Shown in pieces: positions 56,918-64,000 of a stretch of 64,000 nucleotides of DNA; the stretch's first letter is position 1; each line of letters starts with the position of its first letter. This DNA is from a virus, in the IMG/VR virus record IMGVR_UViG_3300022910_000005, positions 16,685 to 80,684 of that record; one strand, given 5' to 3'. Both the position numbers and the translations under genes were made by a program. The notes below the pieces were generated by a model that saw only the letters and a list, made by a program, of their open reading frames with translations, did no database searches and was not told the DNA's origin.

Positions 56918-57952
56918 TCAGGCCCCCACAGTGCGGATGTAGCCGACCGGGTAACGGGTGTTCTCGGTCGGGTTGTCGTTGTTGATCGTGTTGGCAACCT
57001 GCCAACCGACCCGGAACTTGAGGCGCAGCGCCTGCATGTCCTGCTGCGGCAGGTTGTAGACGATGTTGCCGTTGTCGTCCGTGATCACACCGTCGGTGAT
57101 CAACTTGTACTCGATGCCACTCTTGACGCCGACCACGAACTGGGACCAGTCGCCACCGAGCAGCGCCACACCGTTGACGCCGGGGCCGCCCGAAACCGGC
57201 CACAGGCCACGCATCGGGTACATGATCGGCACGCCGTCGACCGACCGCAGGTCGCCGCCGACGCGGGACTCGTCCAACTTGCGGCCCTGGGTGTCGCGGA
57301 CCTTGCGGAACTTCGACCGGGTCGCGATCGGGGAGAGGTAGCCGGTGATGTCGTACCCGTCCTCCTCGACCTTCCCGATCAGGTTGTCCAGGTCGCCCAT
57401 GAAGCCACCCTGGGCGGTGGTCGAGGTGCCGAAGTCCACGAAGTTCCCGGCCGCAGCCGCAGCAGCGACGATGTTGGTCGGGAAGGACGACGGAGCGTTC
57501 GCGCCGAAGTAGACGGCCGAATCCAGCACGCGGGCGAAGGCTTCGACCAGGAGCGGCTGAGCCTCGTCCCAGATGTTCACCGACACGTCCTCCATGACGT
57601 TGTCGGGGACCGGCATGATCGTGGCGATCTCCTCGATCGTCAGATACTTATTGCTCCAGCCCATCTCGGTCGTCTGCTTCAGACCGGTGTCGCCCGCCAC
57701 CCAGTACGCGATCGGCAGGGCGGTGAGGATCGGGAAGCGCATCGACGTGCCCTGCACCGGAATCCGGCGGAACATCGCCATGACCGCCGAGCCTTCGGTG
57801 GCCTTGCCGAGCATCTCGTTGGAGACCTGCTCGGGGATCAGCGGGGCCACGTCCGACCGGTTGGTCAGCGAGTCGTACGCCGCGCCCGAGAAGCCGAAGA
57901 TCGGCCGCCCGTCGGCGCGGGAGCCGATCGGCTCCCGAAGGTGGTTCTTCAC
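56918..57952 (-). CDS. Major capsid protein (HK97 fold)
   Basis: LIPEQVS, AYWV, GDWSQ, NLPQQDMQALR...RVGW. Confidence 0.92.
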   Translation of the reverse strand: MKNHLREPIGSRADGRPIFGFSGAAYDSLTNRSDVAPLIPEQVSNEMLGKATEGSAVMAMFRRIPVQGTSMRFPILTALPIAYWVAGDTGLKQTTEMGWSNKYLTIEEIATIMPVPDNVMEDVSVNIWDEAQPLLVEAFARVLDSAVYFGANAPSSFPTNIVAAAAAAGNFVDFGTSTTAQGGFMGDLDNLIGKVEEDGYDITGYLSPIATRSKFRKVRDTQGRKLDESRVGGDLRSVDGVPIMYPMRGLWPVSGGPGVNGVALLGGDWSQFVVGVKSGIEYKLITDGVITDDNGNIVYNLPQQDMQALRLKFRVGWQVANTINNDNPTENTRYPVGYIRTVGA

Positions 57953-57997
57953 TGCGACTCCTGGGGGTCAATGCGACCCCCAGGATGGGGGCCGCGA

Positions 57998-58657
57998 CTA
58001 TCCGCGACGGCTGCGAGACTTGTCCCGCAGCCAGGCGTCCATGCTCTTCGGAGCGCCACCCGACTGCCGGGCACCGCCGTCGAACGACAGGTCTTCCTTG
58101 GTGCCGACTCCCCAGTGCGGCTTGGCCGCAAGCAGGTCGTCGAGTTCACGCTCGATCAGTTTCGGATCGGGCTTGCCGTCCCGGCCCAGCAGGTCGTCCA
58201 CGTTCTTGCGAACGAAGTCGACCGCGTCGGACGGATCGGCGAACTTCCCCTTGGCGGCGGCTTCCACCTTGGCCAGCGCGACATCGCGGTTGGCCTCCAG
58301 CCGGGCGGCGGCACGCTCCTCGGCGCGGATCTTCTCCGCGTCGACCTGCGTGTCCTGCTTCCCACTGCTCTTGGTGAGAGCCGCGCGGAGCGCCTCAGGG
58401 GAATCGATCCCCAGTTCCCGCAGCACGGCCTTGACCGGCCGCAACTCGTCCCGGGCCTCCCGCCGCTCCTTGATCACCTTGTCGAGGGTGGCCTGGGTGC
58501 GCTTCAGCGGGTCGGTTTCGACCTTCGGCTCATCGCCGTCGTCGTCCGGGTTGTCCTCATCCCCTCCCCCGTCGTTCTCGCCCTCGGCTCCCGAGAACCC
58601 GTAGAACGGGCGACCGTCGAGCCGAAAACCGATGGGGTCAAGCAGGAATGACGACAT
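57998..58657 (-). CDS. Scaffolding protein
   Basis: Acidic/coiled-coil, FADPSDA, KPHW, DGGAR. Confidence 0.82.
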   Translation of the reverse strand: MSSFLLDPIGFRLDGRPFYGFSGAEGENDGGGDEDNPDDDGDEPKVETDPLKRTQATLDKVIKERREARDELRPVKAVLRELGIDSPEALRAALTKSSGKQDTQVDAEKIRAEERAAARLEANRDVALAKVEAAAKGKFADPSDAVDFVRKNVDDLLGRDGKPDPKLIERELDDLLAAKPHWGVGTKEDLSFDGGARQSGGAPKSMDAWLRDKSRSRRG

Positions 58658-58756
58658 GCGGGTCTCCTGGGTTCTGCCAGCGTCTCACTGGCCGTGCGAA
58701 GTGGTGGAGCAGGTATCGCGCCTGCTTCTGATCTGGAGCATAACTGTTTCGGTTCG

Positions 58757-59764
58757 TCAACGCTTCAGCGTGTACCCGTATCGGAACAGCAGGTCCCGGG
58801 CCTTCTCCCGGTCACCGCTCGCATCCCGGTAGATCTGCCACACCGTCGGCCGGACCACCTGGCCGTTGATCCGCAGGGTTCCCTTCTTCTGCGTCGGCTC
58901 CACCCGGTACTTCCGGCCGCCGTCCGCGACGAACAGGCCCGACTTCCCCGCGTTCACGACCTGGTTCAGGTCCGCGCCATCCCGGATGGCCTGAGCGTTC
59001 GCCTTGCCGAAGTAGTAGTCCTGCTCGTCTTTCGTCAGCGAGTTGAAGTAGACGTACGGGTTGGTCAGCACCTCGCTAGCCCCGGCCACCGTGACCGGCA
59101 GATGGCGGCAATCACAATTTGGGTGACGTTGGAAGCCGCTGTTCCATTTGTAGAACTTCCCGGCCAGCACCACGCACCGCGAGCAGGACGGTGGCGTCAG
59201 CATCCGCACCCAGCCGACCTGCACGGCCCGCCCGTTCTTCGTGCCGTCCGTCGTCGCGATGGCCACCGACTCGGCCGCACGCGCCGCGTCCGAAACCTGC
59301 GTGCGCACCACCAGTTCCAGGAAGTTGCGCCCGTGCGCCTTCGACAGCATGTCCGAATGCCCGGCCCGCTGCGACTCCCGCAGTTTCACCAGAGCACCGG
59401 CCAGCAGCGACTCCAGGTCCCGGCCGTCCGACGCCACCCCGGCGAATGCGACCGGGTTGATGGCCGGACCGTCCGTGTCGACGCCCTGCTCGTTCAGGAC
59501 ATGCCGGACGTAGCCGCCCGCGTCGGCGGCGACCAGTTCCATCAGGCTGGACAGCAGCACGTAGATCCGGGGGCCGATCGACGCCCACGACGCGAAAGCG
59601 TCCTTGGCCGCCAGCGTCGCCCACAGGGCCAGCACGGTCTTCACCAGCCGGTCCGTCTCGGCCTTCTGCTCAGCCTGGTACGCGGCAGCCGCAGCCAGAG
59701 CCGCCTGAGCCTGGCTGGTGCTGGCGCTCGCGCCCGGCTGGACCTCAGTTCCGGTCTGCGCCAC
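58757..59764 (-). CDS. MuF-like minor head protein
   Basis: CSRCVVLAG...FQRHPNCDC. Confidence 0.8.
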   Translation of the reverse strand: MAQTGTEVQPGASASTSQAQAALAAAAAYQAEQKAETDRLVKTVLALWATLAAKDAFASWASIGPRIYVLLSSLMELVAADAGGYVRHVLNEQGVDTDGPAINPVAFAGVASDGRDLESLLAGALVKLRESQRAGHSDMLSKAHGRNFLELVVRTQVSDAARAAESVAIATTDGTKNGRAVQVGWVRMLTPPSCSRCVVLAGKFYKWNSGFQRHPNCDCRHLPVTVAGASEVLTNPYVYFNSLTKDEQDYYFGKANAQAIRDGADLNQVVNAGKSGLFVADGGRKYRVEPTQKKGTLRINGQVVRPTVWQIYRDASGDREKARDLLFRYGYTLKR

Positions 59765-59891
59765 GAGGCCCCACCAGAATCCCGGGCCACGCCCAGACCT
59801 GCACCGGGAACGCCTCGAAGCCCGGCCGCCCGTCCGGGTGCGGGCCGAGTTCGTACTTCGTGCCGAGCAGGGTGATCACGGTTGGCTTCAT
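59745..59891 (-). CDS. Possible 48-aa protein between portal and MuF genes
   Basis: GGAGG 8 nt upstream of ATG; MKPTVITLLGTKYELGPHPDGRPGF... Confidence 0.35.
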   Translation of the reverse strand: MKPTVITLLGTKYELGPHPDGRPGFEAFPVQVWAWPGILVGPRGADRN

Positions 59892-59903
59892 CCCGCCATC
59901 CTC

Positions 59904-61592
59904 CTACGTCGTGGCGGGCTTCTGCGAATTCGCCCGGCGCTTCGTGGCGTTCGCGCTGGACGTGCCGCCCGACTGCCCACCGGAGCGGTTCCCCGGTCCC
60001 TTCGTGCCCCGAGGCTGGCCGGGCTGTGTGCCCTTGTCGTTCGTGCCGCCGCCGTTGGCCTTCGCCTTCGCGACCGCCTCCTGCTGCTTGGCCGCCTGCT
60101 CGGCCTCCACCGGCCCGGCCGCCGCAGCCCGGTACCGCTCGGCCAGGATCACCGTCGCGTCACCGGCCGCCGCCCGCTTCATCTTGTCCTCCAGCATGGC
60201 CTTCCAGCGCCGCACCTCCTCCGGCGTCGCGCCCCAGCGTCCCCACAGCGCCTCCTCCGGCACGCCCAGGTCGGCCATCTTCAGCAGGCTGTCGACCAGT
60301 TCGCCCTCGGTGCGGAACTCCGGATTGCGCCAGACGACCTCGATGTTCACTCCGGGTCCGACCGGGAGCCCGGCCATCTCCCGCACGCGCATCATCGCGT
60401 TCTCCAGCGGATCATTGTGCCCGCGCATCCGCTGCCGGACCTTCGCGACCAGGCCGGACTCGCTGGCCTTCAGGGTGTCGCCGTTCACGTTGTTCATGGA
60501 GCCGAGCAGGTACTGCGCCGGGGTGCGGCTGCGGGAGGCCATGTCGGTGACGTCTTCGGACTTCGCGGTGATGTAGCCGCCGATGTCGGCCGCCGCGAAC
60601 TGGCCGAACTTCGTCTCCGCGATGTCCGTGGTGATCGCCCGGTCCCGGCCGACCTCGACCGGTGGCGTCGGGTTGCCCTTCTCGTCCTCCAGCGGCCAGC
60701 CACTGATCCACTTCTGCGGGAACGCGCCGTAGTCCTGCGTCATCAGCCGGTCGGCGATCGTCTTGACGATCCGGTCCTGCGTGTCCGTCAGGTCGTAGAT
60801 CTCCGACTGGCCGCCGGTCAGCAGCCGGGGGTTGTTCGGCAGTTCGAACATCGGCACATAGTCCAGGCCGGACGAGCCGCTGGCTTCCTCTCGCGCGGTG
60901 GAGCGCAGGTTCCAGATCGGCATCAGCCGGTTCTCGAACAGGCCGGACGGGGACTGGACCATGAAGTTGGCCTGGTCCTTGCTGTTCGTCTTGAATTTGT
61001 GAATCTGGCCGGGCAGGTACAGGGTCGCGAAGATCTGCCCCGTCCACTCGTCCACGAACACCTTCAGCGACGCGAGCGCGTCCTGCCGGTTGGAACCGGA
61101 CGCGAACGCCACGACCACCTGGCTGCTGTGCTCGACGTAGATCTTCGGCCGCTTCGGGTTGCTCCTGTTGCGCTCGATCAGCAGGTACGAGTTGCCGGTG
61201 ATCGCCGCTTCCAGAAGGCCCTGGTCGAAGAAGGTGTCCAGGTTGTTGGACTGCCAGATCGCCTGCATCGGAGCGTCGGTCGCGAGCGGGTCCTCGGACT
61301 TCGTGTCGATCGACGGATCGCCGTCGGTGTCCTCGGTGACGAAGAAGCCCTCGACGGCCATCCGCTCGCACATCGCGTCGATCACGAGACCGATGTAGTT
61401 GGCGCGGCTCATCTTCAGGATGCGCCGGAACTCGTCCTGAGCCTGCGGCGCGAGCCACGGCAGCGGGAAGTCGCCCCGGTAGTAATCGTCGTACATGTTG
61501 ATGCCCGGACGCCGGTCCTGGAGAACGGCATACAGCCGGTTCACCCACCAGAGCGGACTGCCGGGCTCTGGGGTCTCCAGGCTGGTCACCAT
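59904..61592 (-). CDS. Portal protein (SPP1 gp6-like)
   Basis: YYRG, NYIGLVID, AFPQKW, SESGLVAK; follows terminase. Confidence 0.92.
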   Translation of the reverse strand: MVTSLETPEPGSPLWWVNRLYAVLQDRRPGINMYDDYYRGDFPLPWLAPQAQDEFRRILKMSRANYIGLVIDAMCERMAVEGFFVTEDTDGDPSIDTKSEDPLATDAPMQAIWQSNNLDTFFDQGLLEAAITGNSYLLIERNRSNPKRPKIYVEHSSQVVVAFASGSNRQDALASLKVFVDEWTGQIFATLYLPGQIHKFKTNSKDQANFMVQSPSGLFENRLMPIWNLRSTAREEASGSSGLDYVPMFELPNNPRLLTGGQSEIYDLTDTQDRIVKTIADRLMTQDYGAFPQKWISGWPLEDEKGNPTPPVEVGRDRAITTDIAETKFGQFAAADIGGYITAKSEDVTDMASRSRTPAQYLLGSMNNVNGDTLKASESGLVAKVRQRMRGHNDPLENAMMRVREMAGLPVGPGVNIEVVWRNPEFRTEGELVDSLLKMADLGVPEEALWGRWGATPEEVRRWKAMLEDKMKRAAAGDATVILAERYRAAAAGPVEAEQAAKQQEAVAKAKANGGGTNDKGTQPGQPRGTKGPGNRSGGQSGGTSSANATKRRANSQKPATT

Positions 61593-61602
61593 GCTGCGTC
61601 TC

Positions 61603-63285
61603 CTAGTACGAACGGGTCCGGCCGGACACGCGAGTCAGACGGCGCTTCGGCCGCCAGGCGTCCGGACCGATCAGGTGAAGATCGGCCGCAGCCTCATGGG
61701 CGAGAGTATCGGCCATCGCGATGTCGATCTTTCGGTGAGCATCCGGCTTGCCGAGGATGTACTTGTCCCCAGGCTTGGCTACTTTACGGGCGTTGCTGAT
61801 GTGCTGCGCTGCGACAAGATCGTTGTCGTGAGTGGTGCGACCGGACTTCAGGTCGTTGAACGAACGCTTCAGCGCCAGGAACATGGCGTCGATCCGGTAC
61901 GTGCTCCACTCGAACACCTCCTCGTCGCCGAACTTCAGCGCCCACTCGCCGATCTCGGTCCGCCAGTCACGCGGGTCGCAGTAGAACCGCCGCAGCCGGT
62001 ACTTCCGGCCGATCTCGTCCACGCAGGCGTTCACCTCGCCGCGCGGGATCGATCCGCCCCACTCGCCCGGGTTCCAGTAGGCAGGCCGCTGGTCCGGCCC
62101 GTACGTCGGTGTGAACCGGTAGCCGTCCTGGGTCTCCAGCCGGATCGCCGTCCAGTCATCGTTCTCGGAACCGTCGAAGCCCCCGGCCACGGCGGTGCCC
62201 TCCGGGACGAGACGCGGCTGGGTGTGCTTCTCCCACAGCAGGTCGTCCATCCACTGCCCGAGACCGGCCACGATCCGGTTGCCGTAGAAGCGCTCGGCCT
62301 GGCCGGGGTCCGTCAGCATGATCTCGCTGGCTTCGGCCTCGATCGCGTCCAGGTCGACCCACCAGGAACCGGCGTAGACGTACTTCAGGATCTTCCGGCG
62401 CTCGCGCTTGTCGGTGAACGACCAGGTGGCCGGGGCCAGCCGGTGCAGCCGGAAGATGTCGTCCTTCACCAGCGCCGACTGGGCAGTCTGCTGGGCGACC
62501 GAGTTCTCGCTGGGGTCCCAGCCGTTCGTCGTCTCCACGACCCGGCCGGACATGCCGGAAGCACCACGACGCTGAGTGTTCGCGACCTTCACCATGTTTC
62601 CGCCCTTGCCGTCCTTCGACATGGGTAGCCACAGGCCGACCTCGTCCTGCGGCACGAACGTGACGCGCTGGCCGAGGCGAGACTGATTGTTGGACGTGAC
62701 GGTGTCGATCCGGCCGCCGCCGGGCAGCCGGATGAATTCCTCGCCCACGCGCGGGATCACATCGGACAGCGGCCCGGCCTCGATCATCGGCCGGAGCGCG
62801 CCGTACACGTTGTCGGTCTGCTCTTCGCTGAACGCCGTAATCTGAATGAGAGGTGTCGGCCAGGGGATACCCATCGGCTCACCCTCGTCGTACTCGTAGA
62901 TCCAGCCGCAGCCGCAGCCGTGGTCGCGGCAGTCGTAGACCTCGCCGCCTTTCGCCCAGCCGCCGAACATCGCCGGGCCGCACGCCTCCAGGCAGCATTG
63001 GGACGCCGTCAGCGGCCCCTTGCCTGCCTTCTGTGGCATGACAATCTGCGAGCGCCGGTTGTGGAACGCGGGAGCGCCGACCGCGATCCGGCCGTCCAGT
63101 TTCGCCGACGGCTTGATCCGGTAGTGGTTGACGTAGAACCAGGTCTGCCAGTCGGCCAGTTCATACGCCTGCCCCTTCGCGAAACCGTCCGGGATTACGC
63201 AGTGGTGCTCCACCCAGTCGACGGCAACCCACATCGTGGGGAAGTCGACCAGGTACTCATTCCTCGGAACCGGAGAGGGGCTCAA
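61603..63285 (-). CDS. terL: Terminase large subunit
   Basis: PQKAGKG, QDE, ETTN, GFDGS..DDWT, KIDIAMA. Confidence 0.92.
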   Translation of the reverse strand: MSPSPVPRNEYLVDFPTMWVAVDWVEHHCVIPDGFAKGQAYELADWQTWFYVNHYRIKPSAKLDGRIAVGAPAFHNRRSQIVMPQKAGKGPLTASQCCLEACGPAMFGGWAKGGEVYDCRDHGCGCGWIYEYDEGEPMGIPWPTPLIQITAFSEEQTDNVYGALRPMIEAGPLSDVIPRVGEEFIRLPGGGRIDTVTSNNQSRLGQRVTFVPQDEVGLWLPMSKDGKGGNMVKVANTQRRGASGMSGRVVETTNGWDPSENSVAQQTAQSALVKDDIFRLHRLAPATWSFTDKRERRKILKYVYAGSWWVDLDAIEAEASEIMLTDPGQAERFYGNRIVAGLGQWMDDLLWEKHTQPRLVPEGTAVAGGFDGSENDDWTAIRLETQDGYRFTPTYGPDQRPAYWNPGEWGGSIPRGEVNACVDEIGRKYRLRRFYCDPRDWRTEIGEWALKFGDEEVFEWSTYRIDAMFLALKRSFNDLKSGRTTHDNDLVAAQHISNARKVAKPGDKYILGKPDAHRKIDIAMADTLAHEAAADLHLIGPDAWRPKRRLTRVSGRTRSY

Positions 63286-63396
63286 CGTCGATCAACTCAC
63301 CTGTCGGATCAGGATGGGCGTGCTGCTGCCCGTCCATCACCGGGCGCGGACATTCTGGGCAGCGCTCCCAGGTGACGTCCCAGGTAGCGCGTTCGC

Positions 63397-63705
63397 TCAT
63401 CGGACGCTCGCCGACATGGCCGCCTGCTTCGGGTCGAAGTTGTTCGGCACGTCCACCTGCCACCGGCTGGCGGCCAGGATGAAGTCGCCCCCGAACGTGA
63501 CGTGGCTGCCCCGGCGGATGTACCACTCCGGCGTCCAGTCAGTGCGCACCGTCCCGCCCACCTCGCGGGCGGCCCGGTCGGCACGCTCGCGGTGCGAGTT
63601 GATCAGTTCCTTGGCCAACTGGTTCTTCGCCTGAGTGGACGTCAATACGTCCAGCATCTCCCCCTCGGGGATGGCGCTTTCGATGTCGATCTTGGTGGTC
63701 TTCAT
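63397..63705 (-). CDS. Hypothetical protein
   Basis: AAGGAG RBS. Confidence 0.55.
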   Translation of the reverse strand: MKTTKIDIESAIPEGEMLDVLTSTQAKNQLAKELINSHRERADRAAREVGGTVRTDWTPEWYIRRGSHVTFGGDFILAASRWQVDVPNNFDPKQAAMSASVR

Positions 63706-63856
63706 TGCCGGGTGAACTCCTTCGGGTGGCCGCAGCCGGAAAACTCGCTGCCACAGGAACAGCGGTGCAGGGAGTCGGCGTGGCCGGGGAGCAGGACGCA
63801 GACGCAGGTCTCGCCGCCCAGTTTCCAGATGGGGCCCACCCACCAGCCGCACTCCA

Positions 63857-64000
63857 TCAGAACGGAGGCTTGTCGTCGTCCGGAATCTCGGTGGTCGCGC
63901 CGCGCGCCAGATCGGTCTCCGGCTGCGGCTCATCGTCCTCGTCGTCCGGCCCCGGATCGCCGACGACCGTGAAGCGGTTCTTGGCCGACTTCGGGCGGCC
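63857..64000 (-). CDS. C-terminal fragment of a probable terminase small subunit
   Basis: Reads ...KSAKNRFTVV...DDDKPPF*; upstream of terL; truncated by the window. Confidence 0.4.
   Translation of the reverse strand, partial: GRPKSAKNRFTVVGDPGPDDEDDEPQPETDLARGATTEIPDDDKPPF

Overview
The window appears to be most of a high-GC actinobacterial siphophage (or phage-plasmid) genome. The minus strand from about 64000 to 39860 carries a virion and lysis operon: terminase, portal, MuF-like protein, scaffold, capsid, head-tail proteins, tail tube, frameshifted chaperones, tape measure, minor tails, amidase endolysin and holin. The minus strand from about 29995 to 13540 carries replication and nucleotide-metabolism genes: primase-polymerase/D5 helicase with a candidate origin, RecB-like exonuclease, SSB-like protein, endonuclease VII, DEDD exonuclease, MazG, SLOG, vWA and a JAB-WYL fusion. 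The plus-strand blocks hold many small early-type genes. The main anomaly is a Gram-positive-type conjugation (T4SS-like) operon at 32160-39544, plus a distant HNH-membrane-FtsK translocase at 4785-6452. The operon uses the same operator-containing promoter and the same terminator as the other phage genes, which suggests an element that both packages into virions and transfers by cell contact. Other patterns are a regulon of 11-bp-phased TTGWCAA heptamers with a candidate ribbon-helix-helix repressor, PafBC/RecA-NDp-like DNA-damage promoters, a tandem array of small GG-motif paralogs, two parallel three-gene fibre modules, and an N-terminal leader motif shared by scaffold and capsid. No integrase, relaxase, tRNA or CRISPR array was recognised. 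All protein calls come from motifs read by eye and gene order, not database searches.
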